A stretch of 63,476 bases of DNA, counting the filler, from Octopus bimaculoides (lineage: Eukaryota), in the NCBI RefSeq assembly GCF_001194135.2. It is 5 parts of 4 records of this genome, joined end to end, with 100 filler letters (N's around TTAATTAATTAA, not from the genome) between each part and the next. Parts side by side here need not be neighbours in the genome. Positions count along the whole stretch, not along the records: positions 1 to 27,539 come from NC_068982.1; 4 more parts are not named here. One strand, 5' to 3'. The position numbers and the translations under genes were made by a program. The notes beneath the pieces are model-generated. The model saw only the letters and a list, made by a program, of their open reading frames with translations. It was not told the DNA's origin and did not search any database. The number at the start of each line of letters is the position of its first letter. The first letter of the stretch is position 1. Shown one piece after another: positions 9,750 to 22,620 of the stretch.

Positions 9750-11425
9750 ACCTCGAAAATTGCTCTAATCTTATAGCAGCCATTTAACTTCGATTGGAGC
9801 ACAAACCGAGTTCTCTTCAAATACTCTTTCCTGTAAAGTTCTTTCATCATCTGTTCATTCATTTTATCTTTTTCAATGATACCCAGGTACTTATATTCTA
9901 CCTTTCCGACTTCCTTTATAGTTTCACTACTTTACAGCTTGATCCATGGCTTTTACTGATTTTCCCCCTTTAGAAATCACCACACTACATTTCTCGATCC
10001 CAAATTCCAAGCCAATATCTTTGCTAATCATCTGCACAGTTGCCGCCAAACTCTCAATTACTTTCTCAGTCTTATCAAATAGCTTTAGGTTATCCATAAA
10101 CCACAGGTTGTTTACTTTCATCCTGCCTAGCATTTACAACACACGCAGTATGCAGACAACAAATAAGAGAGGTGATAGACTGTCCCCTTGAAAGATTCAC
10201 CTTGTGATATTTACCTTTCCCAACTTATCTCCCCATGCTGTGAGTTCAGTTCGCCACGTTGCCATTGAGTTTTCTGTTCTAACGTTTACACGCTATTTGT
10301 TCCGATGGTAGTAGATCGATATCATCTAGGGACTTGTAGATGCTGTTTGATATGATGTCCGTCATTAGTTTCCATATCAGTAGCAAACAAGAAATTGGTC
10401 GAAAATTTCCAACTGCATTCCCGTTACTTGGGTCTTCCTGGCATAGTATCGTTCTTCTTATTGTCATACAGGCCGGTACATGAATGTCACTACTCAGTAT
10501 TTCGTCCATCTGTCTTGCAAATTCTCCTGAGCAGAGCTGTCAAGTTTTTAAGCCAAAACCCCTGAACCACATCTGGGTCAGGCACTTTCCATTTAGGAAT
10601 TCTCCTTCACTGGTCTCTAAACTTCTCGGTTATTCTCAAATCCTCCTGTTGATACTCTTCACTCTTCTCTTTGAGTATCTTTAACCACCCTGCTACAGTT
10701 TCCTTTTGTTTTTTCTGAGACCATATGTTTAACGAGAATATTTTGCTTTCTTCAGCATCAGGCAAGACTTTTTCACCTTTTTTCCTTCCCATCCAGTTCC
10801 TGATAGACTCGTTTCTGATTTTGTTCGAAAAGTCTGTTTAATCTGTATTGCTCAATTCTTTGTTCATACACCTTAGTTTATGTGCTTTTGCTTTCAACCT
10901 CTGTTTTAATTGCTCAATCACAATAATCATTCCATTTCTCTTCACCAAGCACTTGTCTCTTAATGCTTACTAGTTCAACTAGAGACAACCATTCGTTCTT
11001 TCTGATGACTCCCGCTTGGTCACACAGATTTTATTCACTTAATTCAAATAGGCCTCTGTCGCCCCATGCCCCGTGCATTCCTTTCCTATATATCCTAGCG
11101 GGTACTTCATTGTTATTTCTCAGATTACCCAGAAAGTATCACTCCATTAAAACCACATTCCTTTCTTTCGTCCACCTTCTTTTAACAGTTGTTTGATGAT
11201 GACTGGGCCCACGCTGCTCACTCGTGGGGCAGCTGCCGGACGAGAGACCTCATTCACCCCGATTTTATTTGATATTTCAGCATTCTTCATGAGGGTTATC
11301 GAATTTTAGGTTGCACAACCACCAGTATTTTTTCCCGTGGCACCATCACTGACATGATCTTCACCCTATGATATAGGCTTCTTGTAATCCTGGTTTACTT
11401 TTTGGAGTTTCCGTCTCCTACAAGG
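9750..11425 (-). mobile_element. Dong/R4-clade non-LTR retrotransposon, 5' part to RT, degenerate
   Basis: Myb-like N-terminus (RRWTKE...LCDQAGVIRKNEWLS), GNFRPISCL, FQGDSLSPL, LWFMDNLKLF...IGLEFGIEKC, YKYLGI. The 5' junction abuts (TAA)n. Confidence 0.75.
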
Positions 11426-11455
11426 GGTATTATTATTATTATCATTATTATTATT

Positions 11456-11496
<41 letters not shown>

Positions 11497-11554
11497 GGTG
11501 GTGGTGGTGGTGGTGGTTGTTGTTGTTATTATTATTATTAATATTCATATACAC

Positions 11555-11924
11555 CCAACAGATTAGAATGTTGGAAAAGAAAAGCGTCCTAACATCGGGC
11601 TACAAAAGTAGCGTTAGATGCCAAAGACCCCGTCATTGGGTTACAACAAGTAACCTTAGACGCCAAGAACCCTCCTAAGTATCCTACCTGTCCCTAATAA
11701 CACTGTTTTCTGCAGCTGTATTAAACTGGGTTTTATGCCTATTTCCTCTATCCATCTCTTCAAATCTTTAGGATACATCTTACACGTACTTTCCATAGTC
11801 TCTGTAATTCAATAGCTAAGACCTGTTACTTTGCTATTTTTGTAATACTTGTAATATTAACTCTTTTATCATTCGGGACTGTAAAGTCAATTATTTGGTA
11901 GTTTCTATTCTCTATTCTCTGTAT

Positions 11925-11995
<71 letters not shown>

Positions 11996-12180
11996 ACCTA
12001 CTTAGGCCTTTTAACTTCTATTGCTCTCTCAGTCTGAATGTTTAAGTCCCACAACATCTTGTACTTCCTATTTTCTAGTACTTTTCTAGGATCATGTTCA
12101 TACCATTTATCAGTATGTTCAAATCCTGCTCTTCCTTGGATTGCCATGCCTTGTGACACTAGCAGTTATCAATAGACTTT
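11555..12180 (-). mobile_element. Dong/R4-clade 3' fragment (restriction-like endonuclease)
   Basis: KWYEHDPRKVLENRKYKMLWDLNIQTERAIEVKRP...IIDFTVPND...LQKTVLLGTGRILRRVLGV. Flanked on both sides by (TAA)n. Confidence 0.8.
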
Positions 12181-12185
12181 CTACA

Positions 12186-12296
<111 letters not shown>

Positions 12297-12415
12297 TTGT
12301 CCTACATCATCATCGTTTTCATAATAGTTCTCATCATCATCATCATCATCATCATCATAATCATCATCATCGTCCCATGAGAATTATGTCATGTTTTTGA
12401 TTTCTTTCTTTTCAG

Positions 12416-12526
12416 ATACAAAACCAGCAACCACAATATGTTGACAATAAGTTAACTGCAGCAATTCTTGTCACAGTTTTCTGCTTTTTCCCAACAGGCA
12501 TTCCTGCTATTATATTTGCATCTAGA
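12416..12526 (+). CDS. CD225/dispanin-family gene, CD225 intramembrane exon
   Basis: Acceptor tttctttcttttcag; 37 codons IQNQQPQYVDNKLTAAILVTVFCFFPTGIPAIIFASR, matching the CD225 pattern (S/A)ILxTxFCFxPxGIxAII; donor gtaagt; phase 0/0. Confidence 0.92.
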
Positions 12527-12589
12527 GTAAGTAAAATGCAAACATTTCTTGCAAGAAATTCTATTTATTTTCATACGTTTTATTCAGTC

Positions 12590-12739
12590 GTGGCTGTACG
12601 GTAAGAAGTTTGCTTCCCAACCACATGGTTCCGGGTTCAGTTTTACCGCATGTGGGGCAAGTGCTTTCTGCAATAGCCACGTGTTGATCAATGACATGTG
12701 AGTGGATTAAGCAGATGGAAACTGAAAGAACCCCGTCAT

Positions 12740-12740
<1 letters not shown>
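12590..12740 (+). mobile_element. tRNA-derived SINE (abundant family A)
   Basis: gtggctg..ggtaagaagtttgcttcccaaccacatggttccgggttcag...ggaaactgaaagaa, followed by (CA)n. The same family is present at 24280, 36326, 38447, 39027 and 42742. Confidence 0.8.
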
Positions 12741-12770
<30 letters not shown>

Positions 12771-13439
12771 CATACAAACACACGCATATATATATGTATG
12801 TCGTGTCACATAGCTAGCTAGAGGCGATGGCTTCTTGGAGCTAATTCACGGCAGCTTTCGTCCTAATTTTGGGACTGCCATGTTGGCTTGGCGATAACTA
12901 TTAATTTCCAGTACCGCTGCCGTAGTCTCCTTTAGAGAGACTTAGAAANNNNNNNNNNNNNNNNNNNNNNNNNNNNNNNNNNNNNNNNNNNNNNNNNNNN
13001 NNNNNNNNNNNNNNNNNNNNNNNNNNNNNNNNNNNNNNNNNNNNNNNNNNNNNNNNNNNNNNNNNNNNNNNNNNNNNNNNNNNNNNNNNNNNNNNNNNNN
13101 NNNNNNNNNNNNNNNNNNNNNNNNNNNNNNNATATATATATATATACATATGAATATATATGTGTGCGTGTGTATGTGTGTGTATGTGTGTGTGGAAGAG
13201 GAAGGCAGTATTTGTGTTTGTGTTTGTCAGCTACCACCGTTGATAACCGATGTTGGTATGTTTACGAACCCATAATTTAGCGGTTCGGCAAACGAGATGA
13301 TAGAATAAGGTCTGAGTGAGAGAGGAAGATGCGAGACTTACAAACGTTTTCAGCCACCTCTCATAAACCAATCAAGATACAGTGTTTTAAAACAGGAAAA
13401 TGTCAATAATAAAATTCATTAAATAATATTCATTTTAAG

Positions 13440-13830
13440 AAGCTACTGCACATTGTTAATATTTTGTGTGGCTTCTTTTAACTTGAATAATTGTTTCAAT
13501 GCGACTGGGAAGAGATGCGTACAAATCCTTTCATTACATTCACAGTATTTGAGGCCATTCTCTGTGGCTGATTTCCTACGACTCTCTTCAAACTGCGTGG
13601 ATTCTTCTGACAAACTCTTCTCTTTAGAACAATACTTTTGTATCGTCATTGTAGCTAGTAAGAGTGACTGGCTGTATAACTGTAGCATTTCACTCGTAAC
13701 TAATGTCTCCTTGGAGGCCTCATTGACTATCGATTCCCGGCTTCTATGTTCTAAGAAGTCAGGTATCCCTTCTCCCCGTTTACCGACTATGCCGAATTCT
13801 CATAGCTTGTGACATATCTTCCCATGATCA
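13440..13830 (-). mobile_element. Highly decayed RTE-like LINE fragment (endonuclease end and linker)
   Basis: EFGIVGKRGEGIPDF and IVNEASKETL...EESRRK...Y.ECNERI resemble RTE ORF2 motifs. The match is weak. Confidence 0.4.
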
Positions 13831-14802
13831 GTATTATCAAAGGGTTTGCAAGATCTATAGCTAGGCATGGGGCTGCGAAAGTTGAGTACGGTAATTTATT
13901 CCTGAGCGGAAGCCAAGCTGGGTGTTAGAGAGCAGGTCATTGTCTTCTAGAAACACGATCAGCTTCCTTCTCACAATGCGATACATGACTTTGCTCACAT
14001 GTGAGTTTATAGAGACGGGCCTATAGTTATTAGCACTTATTGTGCCTTTTTAGTTGTGGATAAAACATATTATGCCTTCCTATAACTTCCTAGGAATTGT
14101 AACCCATGCAAGTATGCTTCGGAAGAGTATCTGCAGTGGTCCTTTTGCACTTTTAGGGGGTGTACTGAGAATCTATCAGAGCGTGTAGTTGAGTTCCAGC
14201 TGATTATATCAATGACCGATATCACATCGGTTTCTTCTATTTCGATACAATCGATAATTGACATCCCTTTGTGTAGGGCCGTGGTGTTGAAAATCTATTC
14301 AAGCATAACTGTTTGGAAGTGTTCAAAGAGAGTTTTGCAAACACTTTTCAATTGCATATTCAGTATGTTACTTCCCTTGGGGTCCACATTCAGTGAGTAA
14401 CAGTAGCCCTGTCTTGTACTCTACTGAAACAGACTCTTTTGCAAATCTACGACAGTCTTTACGATTTTACGTATCATTTTTACAACACTAGCTTTCGTTT
14501 TTTGCCCTCTCATTTTCATAGAGGTCTTTGAGATCACGTTCAATCTCGAGCAGTGATTGATTGTGATAGGATTCTTCACTATCCTTTAGTGACGTTTCGC
14601 AGCTTTCATAAAATATCTACTTTTATAAGAGCAGCGGTTATGAAGCTGACAAATAATAGCAGTTCACCACCACCACAACTACACTCACCCTACAAAAATA
14701 TTGGTGGAATTTGTGGTCACACCAACACCCCTCGCCATGCGCTCCTTTATTAAGAAGAAACAATATTGATCATCCATATATTTCTATATAATTGCTGTTG
14801 TT

Positions 14803-15010
14803 AAGGCGATGAGCTGGCAGAATCAATAGCACATAGGTCAAAATATTTAGCGTCCGTCTTTACATTCTGAGTTCAAATCCCTCCAAGTCCACTTTGGTTT
14901 TCATCCTCTGGGGATAGATAAAATAAGTAGTTGTTGAGTGCTGGGCTCGATGTAATTCACTTACCCACTCACCCTAAATTGCTGGCCTTGTACTAAAATT
15001 AGAAACCAAT
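14803..15010 (+). mobile_element. tRNA-derived SINE (family B)
   Basis: aaggcgatgagctggcagaatc...ttctgagttcaaatcc (B-box-like). The same head occurs at 61466-61562. Confidence 0.75.
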
Positions 15011-15080
15011 ATATTTGCTGTTGTTGAGTTTTATTAGCATGCTTTAAATATAAACTAACTCTTGTCTTTCTATCTTCTAG

Positions 15081-15233
15081 GCAAACTCAATGGCCCAAAT
15101 TGGAGATATAGCAGGTGCAAACGAAGCAAACTTCAGAGCAAGACATTTCATCAGAATATCAGTATTTCTTGGTGTTCTTGTTACGTTTGCAGTTTTACTA
15201 CCCATTGTTGTAACAGTTGCGAGTCTTGGTTAA
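15081..15233 (+). CDS. CD225/dispanin-family gene, last coding exon (intracellular loop + C-terminal TM helix)
   Basis: Acceptor tctttctatcttctag; ANSMAQIGDIAGANEANFRARHFIRISVFLGVLVTFAVLLPIVVTVASLG then TAA. An AATAAA lies at 15598-15603. Confidence 0.92.
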   Translation, partial: ANSMAQIGDIAGANEANFRARHFIRISVFLGVLVTFAVLLPIVVTVASLG

Positions 15234-17699
15234 GTTGATTCACATTAAACGAAATGTGTAATTTTTTTACATACTCCATTAATTTATTTTTAAATATATT
15301 GAGAACGTCAGTCAATAATGTGTATATTTCACAACAAATGACGAATTTAAATATTGAACAATGATATATAAGCTTATCGGTGAATTCTATGGCTTCAGCC
15401 TGATGACAAGAACCCATAAAGCAGTAAAACTATGAGAGTATAGAGATATTCCTGAAAGACTTGTACCATTTCTTCTCTCCAATTTTATTCCCCACGAAAG
15501 CAATGGGTGATGTTGCATTTTGTTTTTATTTGAATCTTCTTTTTCATTATGTCAGGAACTATCATATTTGAGAATAATTTTATAAGCGCAATTGTTAAAT
15601 AAAGCAAACTTTTAAACTTTTTTGAAAATTTGGCTTCAAACCAGTTATTCATTTTATGGTTTAACATTTATATGAGCGCTTAACTCGGTTTAACACAAAT
15701 TAGACACTAGACACACAAAAGATAAACTGTTATACACACACATTGACAAATATCGCTATACATGCTAACGCAATATTCTACTAAATGGTAGATAGAAATG
15801 GCTAAACCTGAAATCTCCATTCAAATATTGACCACAAATGTAGAGGGATATTTCTTTTAGCTTCCATTCATAAATATTTTCGTTGATATTGGTTTAAATA
15901 TTTCTTGTTAACATGCGAAACAATGGGGAGTGGAGTTCACGACAAACACATGAATGGAATTTTGCAGACAAGAAAGTAAATCTCCAATGCAGTAAAGCTG
16001 TTTATAAAACGGAAAAAATATACCTTGCCAATGGACGGCTACGACATTCGAATCCGCACTCGTCAGATAACGTATACTAATGAATTTTATAACAAAATAA
16101 TAGTTATGTAATATTTGTAAATATATGAATAAAACAACTTAGATATTCCACGACATCGGCAGCAGCGGTAGTAATGACCACAATAATTACTTCTACTAAT
16201 ACTGCTGCTGTTGTTGTTACTGCTGCTGTTGTTGCTGCTGCTGCTGCCACTACTGTTACTTGCCAAAGACTGAAGCAGAAATGCACTAACAAAAAATATG
16301 GGTAGGCATAGACTTCGTCAGCCGAGACTGACCAAACAGCGCCGCCCAAGTGCAATTCGTAAAGGAGATCCTTGTAGTAAATCATTCTACTGATCTGTGT
16401 AGTAGTGAAGAACTTATTCTCATTCCCACTTATCTGGGAAAACAGAGAGCGAGTGTGAATATATCTGATGTGCCACCAGAAGTGGTCATCTGGCGAGTGG
16501 TAGTATGCGGAGATCTGGAGTTAAGTGACATTCTCTCGGTGAATTGCCAGAAGAATTGATTAGGAACAGCACTGGAAGTTTCATTAGATGAAACTAGAAT
16601 ATCTAGAAAAGAACTTGAGCTAATACAGATCACTAACAAAGCAGACATTTACGTCATTCTGTAATGAAAAAGACCAAAGTTCACGTATGTGGTGATACTA
16701 ACCACCAGAGAGCATTCTGCCCGCAATAGATTTTGAAAGTAAGGAGGCAACGCCGTTTCCAGCATTGCAAACATCAAGCAAAATTACAATGCCAGCATTA
16801 GCATGCAACCATAATATTAGCAATAGTAATAGCAACAAAAGCAGCAACAAAAATGAGTTTATGAATGTGTTCAAAGTCATTTCGGTTTCATTAATGTAAG
16901 TTTGATCATCTGCGCGCTTGTATGTGGTCTAATATGCGTGCATATGTGGTCGGATCAATTTTCTGAGTGAATATTGTATGATCGTATGTATGTGTTGTGT
17001 GCAAATGAGTGAGCGTTTGCTTGTGTGATCGCATTCCAGCATGTGTGTGCATAACTGCGAGTGTTTACGTCGTGTCTTTTTGAATAGGCAAGTGTCTCTG
17101 TGTCTGTTAGCGTGTGCGTGTTTGTTATTATCATAGGTGAAATGACTCTCTCAAAACACAAATTTACCTCCCACTCCTTCTCAATTTTTATTTTCCTTTT
17201 TCATTATTCTTCTCTCTTGCATGACAAGGCCAAAAAAATATTATATATATAAAGGCAAAGAAATCTAACTTTAAACAAATTTTTGATATATCCGGTAACA
17301 GAAGAAAGCGCGAGAAGTAAATGAAATGTAAATAATAAAAAAATATATATATGATCATCCAACATTCTGACTACCTTATTATTCTAAATATACAATATAT
17401 GTACATCACTTCAAATATATATATCTTCATATATATATCTTGTGTGTGCACAACAATTATACACAAACGGAAAGCCACTCAGTTGTTTTCCATCACGCTA
17501 GAAATGGAAGATAAATCACAAGCTTCTAAAAAGCTGTTCTTATTTATGCGCGTTGAATGTAAGCCTTTTCGTAGTTTGGGATTTGACTTCCATTTCTATA
17601 CTGATGGAAAGCCACCTAGTGGCTTTCTCTTCGTGTATAATTTTTATACACACATACAATATAATAATTGTTCTGCTATCATTCCTCCCATTCTGATCA

Positions 17700-18430
17700 C
17701 ATAAGCTACAGCCACGCCATCGGAGGGTCTATGTTCTTCTTAAGAAGTACGTGAATAGGGCATACTTTGGATGGTTGAAATCGCACCCAGGTAAACGATG
17801 ACCCATTAGGACATCCCGGCGATCCAGGAAGGATTTCAAGTCAGTGGCATCTGACTCTGTAACAGGGATGTCTTTGGTGATGACGAATTCCTTCCAAGTT
17901 GCGTCACATACCGTCTTGCTCCAAAACAAGACCAGTCTCAGGTGCAACCAGACGACCATCCTGACGTGCAGCCTGGCATGCAGCCAGATAACCAGCCTAA
18001 CTTGCAGCCAGACGACCAGTCAGATTTTCAACCAGGCAATAAACGAACGAAAATCCAAACCACAGAACGCAACTGGTGCAGAAAAGGCAACAAAGGCGAA
18101 TGGAAAGTCAACTAAAAAAGGTAAAGGCAATGGGAAGCAGCCTCGCAGCAAGCAGCCTCGCCTCAAGCAGCAGGCAGCAAGCAAGTCGCTGATTGGAGAT
18201 GCCTAGTCTGTGCTCAGATTGGTTTTCCAACTCCCTTCCAGGAGAAAGAATGGGTGCAATGCATGATCTGTAAAGACTGGGCACACACTGACTGTACCGA
18301 TGGACGACAGGACTTTCTGTGTGATCTGTGTGGTGAGAAGTTAATGGAGGACGATTATGACTCGATGGCACATGTAGCAATGGGAAAATTGGCTGAGAGG
18401 AGTCTCAGTATCACAGTTACGATATGAGAT
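17700..18430 (+). mobile_element. pogo-like transposase 3' remnant with C-terminal PHD finger
   Basis: LKKYVNRAYFGWLKSHPGK, DIP...GFQVSGI.LCNRDVFGDDEFLPS.VT, a Lys-rich linker, then CLVC...WVQCMICKDWAHTDC...FLCDLC (C4HC3) at 18200-18331. Confidence 0.7.
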
Positions 18431-19182
18431 GGTTCAAAGTTAACTGGTTCACAGTTAATTAATTAAAATAATACTTCCTAGATGCGAGAAGCAGGAAACG
18501 TATTCATTTTAGACTTGTTTCTTAACAGAATTCCGAGTTATCGACCTGTGTAACAAAGCACACCAGTAGGTGTCACAACGTACTATGCACTCGGGGAAAA
18601 TTGTTACAACTGATGACACCTCATTAATTAGAACTTGTCTAATTAATCATATGTAATTTCTATTTTTTTGCTGGTTATAACAATAAATAGAGATATATTC
18701 TTGAGTGATAAGAATATGTTTTCCAAAAATGCGTAGATGTGTGTATATATGTTTGAATTCAAATATTTCTCCTACAACGCAACGATGTGCGTGTGCGTAA
18801 GAGTGTGTGTGTTGATATGATAGACGGAGAAAAGGAAAACGTCATACGTAAAAAACAATACTATATATATAATTATATATATATATAATTACTTTATAAT
18901 AGATAATTTCATTGATGATCTTTCAGTAATATGCACACCCACAAGAGTTAACAAGTGAAACAGAGACAGGCAGAAACAAGGAAAATGCCCCTGTTATTTG
19001 AATACTATACAAATATGTCTTTAAGAAGACTTTTACTTTTAAATTTACCAAAATTTAATTTTTCAATAATTTTTCTTAAATCTATCATTCATATTTACTG
19101 TTGAAAAGATCTCAAGGATCGAAACCGGTTCTGTAATGTTCTCTATAAAAGTATTTTAGCATTTTCTACTTTTTCTTTATAT

Positions 19183-19220
<38 letters not shown>

Positions 19221-20384
19221 GTACATATATAACTAATGAATTCATACCTGAGAACCAACATAATAGCTTAGGAAGATGTTCACACATATGTATAGGTAAC
19301 AGACTTAGTCGCGTTAACAAAGGGATGTAGGGATGTGGGTTCGACTTCCACGTGGATAGGAAATCCTTCTTATTTCTGTCGAGGGCTTATATGCCCCTTT
19401 ATTAGACTATTTTCCTTAGTCATTGGACGTTGATCGCCATAAGCTTTAAGCTTATATAAAAATACTATTATTATTATTATTTACACGATTGTAAAGACGA
19501 CGCCTTATAAAAGACCATTCGCACCGAAAGTATATATATNNNNNNNNNNNNNNNNNNNNNNNNNNNNNNNNNNNNNNNNNNNNNNNNNNNNNNNNNNNNN
19601 NNNNNNNNNNNNNNNNNNNNNNNNNNNNNNNNNNNNNNNNNNNNNNNNNNNNNNNNNNNNNNNNNNNNNNNNNNNNNNNNNNNNNNNNNNNNNNNNNNNN
19701 NNNNNNNNNNNNNNNNNNNNNNNNNNNNNNNNNNNNNNNNNNNNNNNNNNNNNNNNNNNNNNNNNNNNNNNNNNNNNNNNNNNNNNNNNNNNNNNNNNNN
19801 NNNNNNNNNNNNNNNNNNNNNNNNNNNNNNNNNNNNNNNNNNNNNNNNNNNNNNNNNNNNNNNNNNNNNNNNNNNNNNNNNNNNNNNNNNNNNNNNNNNN
19901 NNNNNNNNNNNNNNNNNNNNNNNNNNNNNNNNNNNNNNNNNNNNNNNNNNNNNNNNNNNNNNNNNNNNNNNNNNNNNNNNNNNNNNNNNNNNNNNNNNNN
20001 NNNNNNNNNNNNNNNNNNNNNNNNNNNNNNNNNNNNNNNNNNNNNNNNNNNNNNNNNNNNNNNNNNNNNNNNNNNNNNNNNNNNNNNNNNNNNNNNNNNN
20101 NNNNNNNNNNNNNNNNNNNNNNNNNNNNNNNNNNNNNNNNNNNNNNNNNNNNNNNNNNNNNNNNNNNNNNNNNNNNNNNNNNNNNNNNNNNNNNNNNNNN
20201 NNNNNNNNNNNNNNNNNNNNNNNNNNNNNNNNNNNNNNNNNNNNNNNNNNNNNNNNNNNNNNNNNNNNNNNNNNNNNNNNNNNNNNNNNNNNNNNNNNNN
20301 NNNNNNNNNNNNNNNNNNNNNNNNNNNNNNNNNNNNNNNNNNNNNNNNNNNNNNNNNNNNNNNNNNNNTATATAAATAAATATT

Positions 20385-21124
20385 CTTTCTTACTTTTAAC
20401 CTTCCAACGCGGAGTATAGGTCACTTATAATTGAATTCCATGTCCCATAATTTCTCACTTCTGTACTTATACTCTGCCATGAATGTCCCCCTTTCTCTAG
20501 TTCCTTTTGTGTTGATCTATGCCGCGAGTTTTTAGGCCTATCCCTTTTTTATATCCATCCGGATTCCACTGTAAAGCACTTTTCGCTGCATTTGGTGTGT
20601 CCTTTCTAATTGTGCTACCAATCCACTTCCACTTTTTCTTAAGTATTTGCTCTCTAATCGAAACTTGATTCGTTCTTTGCCATAGCTTCATGTTGCTTAT
20701 GTGTTCGGGCCATCTGATTTTAAGTATACTACGCAAGAACCTGTTGATGAATGAATGTATTTGCTTATTTGACTTAACTGTTGTTCGCCATGTCTCAGCC
20801 CCATACAATAACACCGCTTTTACGTTAGTGTAAAAAATTCTTATTTTGTTCTTTATTGAAACTACACTTGCGCTCCATACTTTTTTTAACAGGTGGAAAG
20901 CGGTCATTGCCTTACTTATTCTCGTCTTAATATCTTCGTCGGTGCCAACCTAGGATTGAAAGTCAACCGCGACAAATCAAAAATTATGCGCGTTAATGCA
21001 GAAAACAGTGAACTAGAGGATGTAGCCGAGTTTACGTATTTAGTTAGTAAGATAACGTTCTCAGGCGGCACCGACGAAGATATCAAAACGAGAATAAGTA
21101 AGGCAAGGACCGTTTTCCCGCTTG
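20385..21124 (-). mobile_element. RTE-clade LINE 3' fragment with an inverted 5' segment
   Basis: Minus ORF: VKAVLLYGAETW...FINRFLRSILKIRWPEHISN...KWKWIG. The plus-strand piece 20947-21124 encodes the preceding LGLKVNRDKSKIM...FTYL...GGTDEDIKTRISKAR. Confidence 0.85.
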
Positions 21125-21159
21125 TATACACACACACACACACACATATATATATAGTT

Positions 21160-22620
21160 TGAATTTACAAAAACACAAAAAGACGAAGACGTATAGACAA
21201 CAAACTCGGGAAGGTGAGAAAGTCTTTTACGTTTCGAGCCTACGCTCTTCAACAGAAAGGAACACGAGAAAATAAACACAGAGAGAATAACAACGGTTTA
21301 GTCGCTAGCGGTCGATCATGGCGATGGCTGGACGCAGGTGGTCAGGCAGGAGAACTAGGAAGAAGGGGAGATAATAAAGTAGAGGTGATCTCAAAAGGAA
21401 TGTGCACGTGCGTGTGTATGTGAACGTGTGTAAGTGTGCGCGTGTGGATTGGAGCTGGTAACCTTGACGTGTGGGTGTGTGCTTGTGTAGGTGTGTGGAT
21501 GATGGCGTGTGTGCTGGGAAGTGGCCAATACTAGTGTGTGCGGGGTGGTGTGGCGTTGTGTAGTGTGGCTTGGTGTGACGTGGTGGTGTGTGGTGTGGTG
21601 TGGGTGCTGGGAAATGGTCAATGATAGTGAGTGCAGCGTGGTGCGATGTGGTGTGGTGATAGGTGGTGTGTTGTTTATTGTGCTGTGGTGTGATGGTGTG
21701 GTGGTGTGGTGGCATGGTGTGGTGATGTCCGGAGTGTTGTGTTATTGTGGTACGTGGGGTGGTGTGACATGATGTCATGTGGTGGTGTGTGATGTAGTGG
21801 TATTGGGGTGTGGGGGATGGAGGCTAGGGGAATGAAAGGGTGACTTTGGGGTGAGGGTGTGGGGCTAGGGGTGAGGTGTGAGGGTGGTGGTGCGGTATGT
21901 GGGAGTGGGATGAGTGGGGTGGGAATGAGATTGGGACGTATAATGATGCTGGGTTGGGGTGGGTGAGGTGGGTTGTGCATGGAAGGGGTAACGATGAAGG
22001 GAGAGGTTAGAAGGGAGAAGGTGGATAGGAGTGAAGAGAGGAAGTAGGTGTCCGGGCAAGAGAGGAGAGGAAAGATGTATGGGAGTGAAGAGAGGAAGCA
22101 GGTGTGAGAGGAAGAGAGGAGAGTCAGATGAAGAGGGGAGGGGAATTGAGTACAAGTGCCGCAAAGGAGAGAAGAGAGAAGATTAATTCCTATTTACGGC
22201 GAAGACAATTCGAACACAGAGAGGTGTTGTAATGAATGTCCGGTAGAGCGGAAATGGCGCGAGAGCGGGGTGTCGTTGCCGAGTCTGATGTCTCGGAGGA
22301 GTTCCGCGAACCGGTCAGCCAAGCAGTGTCCCGTTTGACCGATGTACAGAGATGGACAGAAATAGGAGATGCAGTAAATGACTTTGCAAGAATTGAAGGT
22401 GAAGGCGTCAGTGATAAGATAGGGACGATGATGGTGGTGTTGGTAGGGTAGAGCAAATATAGCAGCGTGGCCGGGTTCAGGGGGACGAGCATGGTTGGGA
22501 GATGGGGTTAGGGAAGAAACTGTAGATCAGGAGGTCACATAGGTTGTTAGCTCGTTTGAAGGAGAGGAGGGGTAGGTTGGGGAAGATGTGTGAAGTGGTG
22601 TGGTACACACATACAAGCTC
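21160..22620 (-). mobile_element. Penelope-like element 3' part (linker + GIY-YIG + pLTR)
   Basis: HIFPNLPLLSFKRANNLCDLL, then VIYCISYFCPSLYIGQTGHCLADRFAELLRDIRLGNDTPLSRHF (about 22160-22400), a degenerate microsatellite-like 3' region and a hammerhead-bearing pLTR. Confidence 0.8.
21224..21259 (-). ncRNA. Minimal Penelope-type hammerhead ribozyme motif
   Basis: CTTT-CTGTTGA-A-GAGC-gtag-GCTC-GAAA-CG-TA^AAAG on the minus strand. Confidence 0.5.
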
